Source: the human T2T-CHM13v2.0 reference genome, Homo sapiens
Direction: 5' to 3' (one strand)
DNA length: 64,000 bases
Assembly (NCBI RefSeq): GCF_009914755.1
Contig: NC_060928.1
A program made the position numbers and the translations under genes. Positions 14,188 through 27,682 of the stretch are shown here, in pieces. Every line of letters begins with the position of its first letter. Position 1 is the first letter of the stretch. The notes beneath the pieces are model-generated. The model saw only the letters and a list, made by a program, of their open reading frames with translations. It ran no database searches and was not told the origin of the DNA.

Positions 14188-17100
14188 AAAGAAGTTGACA
14201 TATATAGCCAAGGCTGACCAACATCCAAAGAATAATATCATAAAATAATCTCAGAGATATGAAAACCAACAACAAGCCAATGATTCAGATAGCCTTGACT
14301 CAGCATTTGCTTTTATGGCTCTTACATTTTGTAATAATGACAAGAAGAAGACTCAAGGTCTGTTTTTTTAAAACAAGATAGTTTATTATAGTTTATTAGT
14401 ATGAAAAAAAGCAAGAGGACAACTGTTTGAACTGAGCACTGTACCATTAATAGAAAGAAAGCAGTCCAGCTGACCACAGAATTCTTAACTAAAGAGATTT
14501 ATGTTAAAACAGAAAATGCTAAAGCAAACATCATTAAAAAGAAATTAAGCCTCAATAAGAAAGATTATAGTAAGAGTACTCAGCCATTTAAAATTAATTT
14601 GAGTCCAGGTCCAGATCTCTAGAAAGGATTTTAAAGATCAACTGTTCAACATATCCAGGAGGACTAGAGTACTTGCAGAAAAGATTGCAAAAGCTATGTT
14701 AATAATCTTTGAGAAACTTTTAATTTAGAGTGGAAAGTGAAATTTTTCTTTAATATCTTCTTAGCCAGACACATATTTACTATATGGCTCATGTCCAGCC
14801 TTGACATTTATTTTAGTTGGTAGTTATAAAGACTACCCATATATAAAGAGAATTAACTTTTTTTAATTTAAGATTTACAATGATGCCAAATACAAGACTA
14901 TTTTGAAAAAAGAGAGATGAGCCACAGATATTATCTGCCTTCTCATAGTCTTACAACTTCAGAAACTGAAAATTTATTCCGCATTCATGTCTCTTCTTTC
15001 TTATTTTTAAAATCATTTCCAATATTGATATCACCTTTGATTCTCTAAGATGCCGAACTTTTGATTTTGACAGATCTTGCTTACCTCCTTCGAACAAATT
15101 ACAATTTTGTATCACCAGCACTCCCAACAAGCTCCTACTGCACTCACCTTCTGCAAGGGAGAGGGCCACCTGTGGGACTGTCAGAAAACATTTCCTCATG
15201 GAGATGTGGGCCTTTCTGCACATCAATGCTAGGACAAAAAAAAAAAAAAGACAGAAAATGGTCTTCTGGAAATTTTTTTCATATATATAGTATATTCATG
15301 AACTATATATTATATAGTATATGATCTATCCAGACTAGGTTAAACAATCACTTCTATATGAGTTTAAAAAATTAAAAATTATTATAATAAAATATTACTA
15401 GATTCTATTTTTACTTATTGAAAACCCTCTGGTTTTAGAAATAATACAAAATAAAAGAAACCACATCCGAATATTTGTTGTCACCTTCATGTTACTGGTA
15501 CATTTTACATCTCAAGAGAGTCAAAATATACTCTCAAGAAACATACTGGTATTAGTAATTTATATTTGATTATAAACTTAATTTCTTGCCTCCTCCATAT
15601 TGATTCATCTATACTTTGTCCTTTAGTTTTGGATTTTTTTCCATTCTCTAACACTATACGGTAGTTTAGGTATTACAATATGGATTCTTAAAGTATTAGT
15701 TTGTTTGCTTATAATTATTAAGTCAGTTAGGCAATTCCATCAGATCTGCAAGTCTCAAATTCTCAAAAACTTAGACTGTAAAATTCCACTGATCCAGCCC
15801 AAGGCCATCCAAGAATTATCTTATTCTTTATTCACCAAAAATAATAATAATAATCCTTCAGTGCAAATTTTCCCATGTTTTCTATTAAATTAATTTATAC
15901 ATATTTGTTTAGCATAATATTCTTAGCCTGTGGGTAGAGTCACTGCAAGTGCAATAATGGGTGGTTGAGGCTCAGTGAGACATGCTCTTTCACTTGCTCT
16001 TTGTTCTTGGCTCATTTCACTCTTGTAATCACAAAAATGCAAGCATTCTGCAGTTTTCTCCTTTTTTATCCTGCCCTGATTTTCCATAAGGTTGTAATCT
16101 GGGTATGCGCCCCTAAATTCACTGATGCAACACTTCCTATTTCTACTAGCTAAACTTGATATACTGCTTTATCCAAGTCAATAAATTTCGGTTCCAATCT
16201 GTTCTGCTGAACTAAATTTACTCAACTGGTGCTAAAGGTATTTCAGACAACAGGAAACAGTAAGACATATATTTAGGGAAGATAGACCTTCTTAAAGTCC
16301 TTGAAAAAGCATTACTTTGACACCAGGCTTCCTTGCATATCAGTACATAGCAAAAGGCAAGGAAATCTATGGTATTTTCACAAATCGCTTTCCTTCACTC
16401 TTTCTTCCTTCCATTGCTTTAGGTAAAGTCTCACCTTTCCTCACATGGTTTACTGCCCCAGACTCTTGTTTTTTGTAATTCCCCACACCCCCCAACCCCG
16501 CCCCGCCAACTCTGCTGGAGCTTCATCTCCAGATTCTTACTTGTTCTTGTTACCTCCTTCTTTTTGTTTCTCTTTCCATTTTCCCTGAAGGGCTGGTGGT
16601 CTTCTCAGACATCTGCAAACCACAAAGAAAAGATGGAATACAAAAGGTATGGTCTGGAGGAAGGGAGAGTGGAGGGACCACAGAAAGTCCAGGAACCACA
16701 GCCTCTTATCTGGCCTCACCATCTTCAATATTCACGCCCCAAATTTAACCATCACAACGATGCTTGTCTAACATTTAGAACTAATCTTGCCACTTCGACT
16801 TACCTGCTTAACTAAAATGTTAAGGCTTCCTGTGACACATAAGTCACCTCATGACCTGTCCTTCATGTTGTCAGGATCTACCTCCTATCATTTCTGCACT
16901 TATCCTATGAAAAGCCAAGCAACCACATACCTTCCAGAACACACTCACCATTCTCCATGTGCCTCCTTGCCTTTGCTATTCAGTTCTTCTGTCTGGAGTA
17001 CTTGTTATTCTTCTTCTCCTGCTGGCTAATTCTTATGGCTCTCCAAAACTTAAGTTCAGAGACTATCTTCCTGAGGAAGCTTTTATGCCCCCTCTTACCT

Positions 17101-17339
17101 CTCTGCTGGGCTGTGACTCTGTAACAGCCTAGGAGTCTCTCCATAAGAGCACTTGCCATATAAGCGAAGACGTTTTGGTCTGTGCCTGTGTTTTTTCCAC
17201 TAGGCTATTTGTCCCTTGAAGTTAAGGGCTATGTTTTTCTCTTTAATGTACACACAGCATTTCTCAATGTAAGTGTTATTAACTTAAAATTTGAAGTGGA
17301 AAATTTTCTCTTTATGTAAAATGTTCTCTCTCTCTCTCT

Positions 17340-17616
17340 TTTTTTTTTTATTTGAGTCTGTCACCCAAGCTGGAGTGCAGTGGGATGATCACAGCTCACT
17401 GTAGCCTTGACCTCCCTGTGTTCAGGTGATCCTCCCACCTCAGCCTTCTGAGTAGCTGGGACAGCACATGCCAACATGCCTGGCTAATTTTTGTATTTTT
17501 TGTAGAGATGGTGTTTTGTCATGTTGCCCAGGCTGGTCTCAAATTCCTGGGCTCAAGCGATCTGCTTTCCCTTGGCCTCTCAAAGTGCTGGTATTACAGG
17601 TAAACCACTGCACCAA
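17340..17616 (-). mobile_element. AluJ
   Basis: Poly(T) then gtcacccaagctggagtgcagtgg...cctgggctcaagcgatc...caaagtgctggtattacagg. Confidence 0.92.
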
Positions 17617-18602
17617 GCTCCCAGTGAAATGTTCTTAACTTTGTAAAACACTTAGTGTTCATGGCCCCAAGCCAATACATGTTTGTAAGACTCCAAGTCA
17701 AAGTTCTACATTCCCATTAGGTGAGTGCTATTATCCTTGGTTAAAACCATTATTGAACAGTACAAATGTGTGGTACAAAAAAGGCACTCAAATGTGTGCT
17801 GAATAAATGAAAGAATGAGTTAATAGATGAATTCGTGAATGGATGAATGAACACTTTTGCCCTAAAATTAATTAGTTATAATCTATTTTGGTTGCCAACA
17901 AATTCTAAGTGATTTAGTTGTTTTCCCTCAAATATCTCCAATTACTTTGAAGCAAGTCACTTCAGACAATTGCTAAGTGACAACTTTGTAAATGATGCTG
18001 ATATCATTAATACAGATATTTCAATTATTTTAATTTCATAGCCAGATAATTTTTTTAATTGATATAGGTTTTTTGTTAACTTTAAAGCTTAGTGTATATA
18101 TACTTACAACTGCAATACATAGAAATGACTTTTCTTTGCCATAACAAATACTGTACTACTTCAGATACAGCTATTATTAAAATATGGCCATTCCACAAAG
18201 CATGACATACGCCATGTTTCTAGAAGGGTAATTATAGTTGAAAATGTATTACAAATTCCAACAGATTCGTCCCTAAGATTTGAGAATAGGTGTTGTTTTG
18301 GCAGAAGGGAGATAATGCGTTATAAAATAGGCTTTTATCAATACTTTAGAGTTTCAAATCATGTCTTTCTGGCTGCATAAAAAAGTAGCTTTTGTATGTA
18401 TGAAAATAGTAGTTTTCTAGTCAGCAGAGAATTATTACTCTACCAGTCTCTCACAGTAAAAGTAAAGTTATACATTGAATGTTGTTACAAAAAAAATAAT
18501 TTCTATGAAAGTTGTGAATATACATAGGCTAAGTCTTGGAGCTTAACAGAAGACTTAGAAGACTATAGAAAGTTAGTCACTATCTGATTTAAAAATTTAT
18601 AG

Positions 18603-18604
<2 letters not shown>

Positions 18605-18642
<38 letters not shown>
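18605..18642. repeat. (AC)19 microsatellite
   Basis: Direct reading of the sequence. Confidence 0.95.
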
Positions 18643-18649
<7 letters not shown>

Positions 18650-19301
18650 CATGCATCTTGGAAATACAAACTTTACCTCTCCTTAACTGCTTTAGAACAC
18701 ACACAAAAAATACATTGATAGTTTTAATAAAGAAATATTCCTAATAGATTCTCTAGAAAACACATTATATAAATAATTAATTAATCCCTCCTCATCGCCC
18801 CTGAACACTGTGAGCTTCTACAATAATTTATTTTTCACTATACCCTATACTTTAGCCCTTTTTGCTCAATCCTCTCACCTCTCAGCACTGCCCTTCCGCC
18901 AGCACCTCATCCCTGTAGCTGGAAACTCTAGCATGGAAGTAAATTACAAAGAAAGAGCATGGGATTTAGTCAGAAGATAGGTGTCTGTCTTTTATTACCT
19001 GTCTGATTTTTGAGCTGGCTACTTAGCATCTCTGAGTCTGTTCCTTCATCTGTAGATTGAGGATAAAAGTAACTTAACATTAGAAATAGAGAAAAGTTTA
19101 GTTCTGTCCAAATAACCAAACTGTGTCTCACATACTAGGTTATAACAGGAAAATTTGCAAGTTTGCTCCTTGTCTCTAATATTTAACATTAAAAGCTGGA
19201 GAACAGTCCATTATCAAGGTACACTCAGGTTGGTTTAGTGATTCTTTTCTTAAACTTAGACTACCTACCTACATTTTTTTTTATCATGAGAGAGAGAGAA
19301 A

Positions 19302-19713
19302 TTGGTCTTAAGGTTCTCCAGATAAACAAAACGAATAGTACATTGGTCCCATGATCTGCTATCTACCGGAGACCCAGAAAAGCCAGTACTGTAATTCCGT
19401 TTAAGTCTGAATGCCTGAGAGCCAGGCGAGCCCATGGTATTAATCCCAGTTCTTGGCAGCAGCAGTAGATCAATGTCCTAGCCCAAATAGGCAGTCAGGA
19501 AGCAAAATGGGCAAATTCTTTTTTCCTCTGCCTTTTTTTTGTATTCACGCATTTAATGGATTGGAGGATGTCCCTCTACACTGAAGAGGGCAATTTACCT
19601 TAACGAGTCTACAGATCAAATGCAAATCTCATCCAGAAACATTCTCATAAACACACTCAAAAATAATGTTCCATCTTAGCACTCAGTGGCACAGTCAGAA
19701 AATTAACCATCAC
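19302..19713. mobile_element. MLT2 (ERVL) LTR
   Basis: ggttctccagataaac...gacccagaaaagccag...aatgcaaatctcatccagaaacattctc...aaattaaccatcaca. Confidence 0.7.
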
Positions 19714-20904
19714 AGGTATCTAGACTCCCTATGTTTTAAATTAGCTAATTATTTTTACTTTCGAACTTGGTCATTCTTACATGTTCCTGATCTCAGTTAA
19801 TAAGACATGACCATCTACCATGTTAGACAATATATGAACTCAAAAGTCATCCTGGATTTCTTCCTCCTTCTCACCTTCACTTCAGTGTTCCACAAGAACC
19901 TTAATGCAATGTGCTCAAAATTGATCCTTCATCCTTCTTCCAGAATCTGTCTTTCCACTGTTCCTTATTTTGATGATCATCTATCCAGTCACATTAGTCA
20001 GAAACTGACAATTATTTAGGATTCTCTCTCTCTCTCTCTGAGAGGTGGTATATATATATATGCACACATTCACACACACACAACACCTCATATATATACA
20101 CACATACATATGTAGATAGATAAATATATAGGTGGATGATAGATTGAGTGATCCTTTGGCTATTATATTTATAGTATAATGTGTATATCCTTTGCCTCTC
20201 TAATAGCCATTCCCTCTTTTCTTGCCCTTCACCCTTTCCCAATTCTTCCTGATGGAACTCTCCCAATAGACTACACCGACATAATTCCCACTGTGTTGTC
20301 AGAGTGATCTTCTTAGGCACTATCTGTTCTAAGAGAAAAATAATTTCTATTTATAAAAGTTGTGAATATACATATGCCAAATGTTCAAGCGTAATGAAAA
20401 AACTATATAAATGTATACATTATCGGATTAAGGAATGTATGCACATACAAACATATATATATATACTCTATCATATACTCAATTGCTCTGTATCGCTCAC
20501 AAGACAAAACACATGCTTCTTTACAAGGTGCTTCCAGATCATGTTCTCTTCCGCCTTCCTAAAATTCCCCATATTTGAATCACATGTCATTAGGTTACTA
20601 CCAACTATCTTTTTTGGAGCTCTTACAGATTTTAAAAGATCCTTAAGATTTTCTCTCATTTGTTGAATATTTAAACTTTTAGTTGCAGGCATTTTCTCAG
20701 CATAATGTCTATCCTTGCTCTTGATATTTGCAACTTTCATGTAAATGACATTTTTGGTATCTAGGCTCATTAGTTCTTAGTGTATCAACTATACATCTAT
20801 TCTATCCTCTTTTTAGTGATTGCCCTAGAATTTGTTATATACATGCACAATTAATTCAAATCTATTTCTAAATAACACTATTCACAGGTAGTGCATATAC
20901 CTTA

Positions 20905-21270
20905 TTATATAGCTTGGCTCTATGTCCCCACCCAAATCTCATCTTGTAGCTCCCATAATTCCCATATGTTGTGGGAGGGACCCAGTGGGAGATGATTGAA
21001 TCTTGGGGGTAGTTCTTTTCCGTGCTGTTCTTGTGACAGTAAATGGGTCTCATGAGATCTGATGGTTTTAAAAACGGGAGTTTCTCCGCACAAGCTCTCT
21101 TTTTGCCTGCTGCCATTCACATAAGATGTGACTTGCTCCTTCTTGCTTTCTGCCATAATTGTGAGGCCTCCCCCACCATGTGGAACTATAAGCCCAATAA
21201 ACCTCTTTCTTTGGTAAATTGTGCAGTCTTGGGCATGTCTTTATCAGCAGCGTAAAAATGGACTAATGCA
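20905..21270 (+). mobile_element. THE1 (THE1A-like) solo LTR
   Basis: tgtccccacccaaatctcatcttg...gcagcgtaaaaatggactaat; 5-bp TSD cctta. Confidence 0.92.
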
Positions 21271-22555
21271 CCTTATAATAACAAAATATTCCTAATCTCT
21301 CTCTTTCTCCTTTTGTATCATTTTTATAATTCATTTCATTTATATATATGCTATATTCCTTAAATATGTTGTATTGAATAAACCATTATCTTGAACAACT
21401 ATGCTGTTGAACCATTGTATTTGAACAAAGCAGTTCAAAATTGTTAAACAAACTGTTATCTGTTAGATCAATTAAAAATAAGAAAAAAGCGTTAATTTTA
21501 TCTTCACTGATTTCTTCTCTAATGCTCTTTCTTTATGTAGAGCTGAGTTGCTGACATATATTATTTTTTTTTCTCTAAAGAACTACTTCTAATATTTCTT
21601 GCAAAGCAGGTCTACTGGCAACAAAATTCTTCAATTTTTGATTGTCCAAGAAAGTCTTTATTTTACCTTCACTTTTGAAGGATAATTTCACAAGACACAG
21701 AATTCTACATTGGTAGTTTTTTTTCTCAATCCTTTAAATATTTTACTTCACTCTCTTCTTGTTTGCATGGTTTCTGAAGAGAAGTCTGGTAATTCTTACT
21801 TTTTTATTGGTACAGTGATTTTTCCCTGTGGATTTTCTCAGGATTTTTATCTTTGTCTTAGATTTCCTACAGTTTGAGTACATTATATGCTTAGGTGTAG
21901 TTTTGTTTGTTTGTTTTATTTTTGTTTTGTTTTTGGCATTCTCTTGCTTGTTATTCTCTGTGGTTTCCAGGTTTGTGGTTCAGTGTCTAAAATTTATATT
22001 TTAGGAAACTCAGTCATTATTGCTTCAATCATTTATTCTCGTCCATTCTCTCTCTCTCTTTATTCCCTTTCTCGTATCACATTATTCATGTTACATCATT
22101 TGTACTTCTCCCGCAGTTCTTGGATAGTGTTTCTTTTTTTCCAGTCTTTTTTTTTTTCTTTGCTTTTCAGTTTGGGGGATCTCTATCTTCATATCCTCAA
22201 GCTGAGAGATTCTTTCCTCGATCTACTAATGAGCCATCAAAGTCATTCTTTATTCCTGTTTGTGTTTCTGAGCTCTAGCATTTTTTCTTCATCCTTTCTT
22301 AGAATTTCCATCTACTGGCTTGCGCTGCCCATCTGTTCTTGCATGTTATCTTATCCATTAAAGCCCTCAGCATATTAATCATAGTTGTTTTAAGTTCATG
22401 GTCTGCCATATCTGACTCTGCTTCTGATACTTGCTCCTTCTCTTCAAATTGTGCATTTTGCCTCTTAATATACCTTGTAACTTTTTGTGGAAGGCCAGCC
22501 ATGATGTACCAGTAAAAGAGACTGCAGTAAGTAGGCCTTTAATAATGTAGTGATA

Positions 22556-23018
22556 CATGCACACCTATGTTAATTGCAGCACTGTTCACAATAGCAAAGA
22601 CTTGGAACCAACCCAAATGTCCATCAATAATAGACTGGATAAAGAAAACGTAGCACATATACACCATGGAATACTATGCAGTCATAAAAAAGAATGAGTT
22701 CCTGTCCTTTGCAGGGGCATAGATGAAGCTGGAAACCATCATTCTCAGCAAACTAACACAAGAACAGAAATCTGAACACCACATGTTCTCACTCATAAGT
22801 GGGAGCTGAACAATGAGAACACATGGACACAGGGGCAGGGGGGTATCACACACCAAACCTGTCGGGGGGTGGGGGTTGGGGAGGGATAACATTAGGAGAA
22901 ATACCTAATGTAGATGACGGGTTGATGGGTGCAGCAAACCACCATGGCACATGTATAACTATGTAACAAACATGCACATTCTGCACATGTACTCCAGAAC
23001 TTAAAATATAATTTAAAA
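22556..23018 (+). mobile_element. L1PA7/8-like 3' fragment
   Basis: L1 3' UTR (tagatgacgggttgatgggtgcagcaaaccaccatggc); TSD aataatgtagtgata at 22541-22555 and 23019-23033. Confidence 0.92.
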
Positions 23019-25477
23019 AATAATGTAGTGATAAAGTATGGGTTGAGGTGAAACATTCTATTATCCTATGATTAGGTCTCAGCCTCTTAGTGAGCCAGTG
23101 TCTCTAGGTTGTGATCCTCACAAGTGCTTCTCAGATTTTTCCCCTCTTAGGCAAGACCAGATGGCTAGAGGAGGCTGGAATTGGGTAATTCCCGTCCCCC
23201 TGGTCAGTTAGCTTCTGATAAAACCCCAATAGTGTAGGTGGTAAAATAGATTTTCCTGAGGGCAGGCCTGCTGGAGAACAGAATGCTCTGGCTACTTTTT
23301 TCCTTTCCCTGATGGAAGCTACTGGAGGGAAAACGCACAAAAATGTAAGCCTATACCCTAAGACTGGAGTTTTTAACTCCAGACTTGTTCACACTGAGCG
23401 TCCAACAATTCATCAATTGTAGTTCAGATTTTCCTGCCCCACTGCTGGTTCTCACAAAGGTTTCTGCTAGTGGGTCTCCCGTCTGGTAAACTTGGTTATC
23501 TTTATCTGCCTTTCTGTCTCAACAATTTGGGTGAGAGAGGCAACAGTTTTCCTTGTGACTTCAAGTTTCTGAGAGATCAAAGAAAAGTTGTGGATTTCAG
23601 TTTGTTCAGCCTTTTACTTGTTGTAAGGCATAATGGTGACTTCCAAGCTCTTTAAGTGCCAGATCAGAACACCCCCAACAGTTCTTTGACCTCTTCTTTT
23701 TAATGCTTTGACCTCCACCCCACCTCAGACAGTTACCCCCATAGCTTGTCTTAGACTTTGCCAATACCAAAGACTGGAAGTCTCCCCAGATCTCAACTTA
23801 AAGTATGCCACTTTACATAGTCATTTCTTTCTCTCCAGTTCTTTCTCTCATACATCAACTCTTAAATGTTCAACTTCAACAGGACCTAAAAGTAATTGAC
23901 TGTAATATCTTCTGTCTGACCCTCACCCCTGAAATGTGCTCACTTCTGGTTTACTGTTTAATATATGGTCCATTCCTATAGTCTGTGCCCTGTATATTTA
24001 TCCAATATTTATCCCTTCTTTCATTTCTCCAAGTTATCTGAAAAAATTACAACCCTAGTTAAATTCAGTTCTTTACATTCTCTATTCCTATACCCAATTA
24101 GTTGGATATTATTGAAAAAATGATCCATGCTAACTGATTTTACTTCTGCTTCTGGCCACAAATTTCAAGTGAGTCCTCAATGGCCTCCCGCACCATTCTA
24201 CATTTACTCACTTATTTACATCCCTACTCTCCTAGACAAGCATTTTCCTGCTTGCTTTCTTCTCTTTAAACTTCCAACCACTATCACTTCATCCTTACTC
24301 TGATATGATAACTGCTTCCTGTTTCACTGAAAAAATAAAAGCAATCAGAAGATAACTTTCACAAGTTCGCACTTTGACATTTTCCTATCTAGCTATACTT
24401 GTCACTATACAGTCTGTATTCCTTCCTGTTATTACAGATAAAAGACCATAGTGAAGACTAACCCATCCACTTTCTCACAGTAACCTCAAACCTACTAAAC
24501 AACTTCACTTTAGCCATCTTTCTCTTCTTCCATCTAAAAATCAAAAACAGAAACCTCTGTTGTTTCCATATTACACTATGGCTGCTATCCCATTTCTACA
24601 TGTCATATGGTAGCAAAACATTTTTGTAATGTTATGTATTTGGGCTATCTTTACTTCTTAAACTCCAATTCCTTCTTGAGTCCTCTACAATCAAGATTTC
24701 TTTCCAACACACCTGTAAAATTATTTTCAATATCATTGATTATTTTCACATAACTAAAACCAATAACTTATACTCAATCCTTTCCTTGACCCATCACTGA
24801 AAATTCCATGGGTCAAGGAAAGGATTGATGGGTTCATCATTGAAAATCAGCAGCATTTCCAATAGCTTTTCAATTATTTATCTTCTTTAAAATAATTTCT
24901 TTATTTGGTTTCTGGGACACACGATTGTTCTCCATCTCATTAGCTCCTCCTTTGGAGTTCCTTTTGTAGCTTTCTTCTCTTTTACCTAACCCCAAAATGT
25001 TGATGCACCCTAGGATTCAGTTCCTAAATCTCTTTCTTATCTACATTATTTTTTTTCTATTCTTAGGTCCTTACTGACTACACTGGACAGCTACTAAATT
25101 TATAACTCTTGCCAGACTGCTACCTAGAATTGAATATACAAGTGCCTAATCAATACGTTGATGCTGATGTCTATTAGGTGTCTCAAGTTCAGCAGCACAA
25201 TCAAAAAAGAATTTCTCCTTTTATCTTCCAATGTTTAATTTTCATATTTTCTTCTATCTCTGTAAAGTTTTACTCTATCTTTCTAGTTACTCAGGCCAAA
25301 GATTTTGGTCCAAATGTTCAAGTCACCATTATTTCTCTCCAGAATTATTTTAAATAGCCTACCTGCTTTCTACCAGCTCCTACTGCACAATACACTCAGC
25401 ACTGAAGACAAAATGATTCACTTAAAATTTAAGCCAAATTATGTCACTCTTCTGCTAAAAAACCTTTCATGATCCTC

Positions 25478-25822
25478 ACCTTAGTCTTCTTGGGCTGCAT
25501 ATAACAAAAATACCATAAACTGAGTAATTTATAAATAACAGAAATTTATTTCATACAGTTCTGGGGGTTAGAATGTCCCAAATCTAGGCACTTAACACAT
25601 GTAGCGTCTGCTTGAGGGCCTTTTCCTCTTAGTGAGTTACTTCTCTCTGCATCCTCACATAGTGGAAGGGGCTAGCGAGCTCTCTTGGGTTTCTCTTATA
25701 AAATTATTAATCTCTCATTACCTAGTTACCTCCCAAAAGCCCCACCTCTTCATATTGTCACACTGGGGATTAGGTTTCAACATATACATTTTGAGGGGAC
25801 ACAAGAATTGAGACCAAAGCCA
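25478..25822 (-). mobile_element. MLT1A/MST-type LTR
   Basis: gggctgcatataacaaaaataccataaactg...ggggattaggtttcaacat. Confidence 0.75.
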
Positions 25823-25939
25823 CACCTCACTCCTGACATGTTGGCAGGTTCTGCTTCAGGGTCTTTGCATTTGTTCTTCCCTTTGGCTAGAATTCCATTG
25901 AACTGATTCTCCAAATTGATTTTGCCTTCACCTTTAAAA

Positions 25940-26690
25940 ATTATTTTTAATAAACTTCACATTTTAGAGGAGTTTTCAGTTTACATAAAAATGAAGTAGA
26001 ATGTATATAGAGTTCTCATACAGTTCCTCAACCCTTCCAATCCCATTCTCCTATTATTAACATTTTTCATTAATGCAGTTCATTTGATACAATGTATGAA
26101 TCAATATTGATATAATATCAACTAATGTCCATAGTTTATATATTTACACTTGGGCCCACTCTTTGTGTTGTAAACTCTATAGGCTTTGAAAAATGTATAA
26201 TGACATGTATTTGCCATTATGGTGTTATACAGAATAGTTTAATTTCCCTAAAAATTCCTGAATTCCACTTACTTATTTCTCCCAACCTTCTCCAAAAGCC
26301 CTGGCAACCACTGACCTTTTTATTATCTCCCTAGGTTTCCTTTTCCAGAATGTCAGATAGTTGGAAAAATATGGTATGCAGCCTTATCAGAATGACTTTT
26401 CACTTACCAATATGCATTTAAAGTTCATTCATGTCTTTTCATGGCTTGATAACTCATTTTTTTAGTTCCTTAATAATTCATTGCATGAATGTACTGCAGC
26501 TTGTTTATTTATTCATCTATTGAAGAACATCTTGGTTGCTTCTATGTTTTGCTAATTATAAATACAATTGCTATACAATTTGTTTGCAGGCTTTTGTATG
26601 GACATGAGTGAGTTCTCATTTGTTTGGATAAATAACAAGGAGCATAATTTCTGGATTGTATAGTAAGAATATATTTAGTTTCATAAAAGA
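25940..26690 (-). mobile_element. L1M (L1MA/MB/MC-type) 3' fragment
   Basis: ccctggcaaccactgacc...ttttccagaatgtcagatagttgg...ttcatctattgaagaacatcttggttgct. Confidence 0.75.
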
Positions 26691-26831
26691 ACTTTTAAAT
26701 GGTTTTCACTTGTTTTTCTTAACTTTTAAAAGTCTTTATTCAAAAATCCACTTCTTGTTTTGGGCTTTTCTAAAGATCCAATTTAAAATTGCAAGCCACT
26801 GTTCCTCTGCCATGACCTTGACACTTGATAC

Positions 26832-27190
26832 ACACTGAATGATTATGTTTCCCCCAAATTAATATGTTGAATCCTAATCCCCAGTGTGGTGGTCTTAGGA
26901 GGTGGAGTCTTTGGGAGGTAATTAAGTCATGAATGTGCAGCCCTAATGAACACGGTTAGTGCTCCTATAAAAGAGGCCCAACAGAGCTCCCTCTCCTCTT
27001 CTACCAGGTGAGGATGCATTGTGAAGATGGCTATCTATGCACCAGAAAGCAGGATCTCACCAGATACTGAGTTTGTTGGTGATTTGTTCTTGGGCTTCCA
27101 GTCTCCAGAACTATGAGAAATAAATTTTTGTTGTTCAAAGCCACGAGTCTACAGCATTCCGCATAGCAGTCCAAGTGGACAAAGATGACA
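26832..27190 (+). mobile_element. MLT1A LTR
   Basis: cccccaaattaatatgttgaatcctaatcccc...ccagaactatgagaaataaatttttgttg. Confidence 0.8.
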
Positions 27191-27395
27191 CTCTCTACCC
27201 ATTGTCTTTACTTCAAAACACTAATCAATATCTAACACACCAGATATCTTACTTATTGAAGTGTCTCCTCTGACCTTCTCTCATCTCATGCCACTAGAGT
27301 ATAATTTCCATAAGAGTGAGGATATTTTTCTTTTTTAAAATTAAATCTTCTATACCCAAAGCTTAAATGATTAGGACAATTTAAAAATATTTGTT

Positions 27396-27682
27396 AGCTG
27401 GGTGCGGTCGCTCCCTCCTGTAATCCCAGCACTTTGGGAGGCTGAGGTGGGTGGATTATGAGGTCAGGTGTTCGAGAACAGTCTGGCCAACATAGTGAAG
27501 CCCTGTCTCTACTAAAACTACAAAAAAATTAGATGGGTGTGGTGGTGTGCACCTGTAATCTCAGCTACTTGGGAGGCAGGAGAATTGCATGAACTCGGGA
27601 GGTTGAGGTAGCAGTGAGCTGAGATCATGCCATCGCACTCCAGCCTGGGTGACAGTGCGAGACTCTGTCTCAAAAAAAAAAA
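27396..27682 (+). mobile_element. AluS
   Basis: Dimeric Alu with poly(A); short TSD ttgtta. Confidence 0.93.

Larger units (their letters stand above)
20560..23670 (-). mobile_element. Old L1M element (5'UTR/ORF1 region), interrupted by THE1 and L1PA
   Basis: T-rich antisense L1M text (ccttcacttttgaaggataatttc...tctgaagagaagtctg...). Confidence 0.65.

Noticed and set aside
13888-14275. Alu-overlapping ORFs
   Set aside because: Typical Alu-derived translations with no exon evidence.
21887-22378. 163-aa hydrophobic ORF resembling a membrane protein
   Set aside because: Antisense T-rich L1M sequence; the F/L/S bias is compositional.
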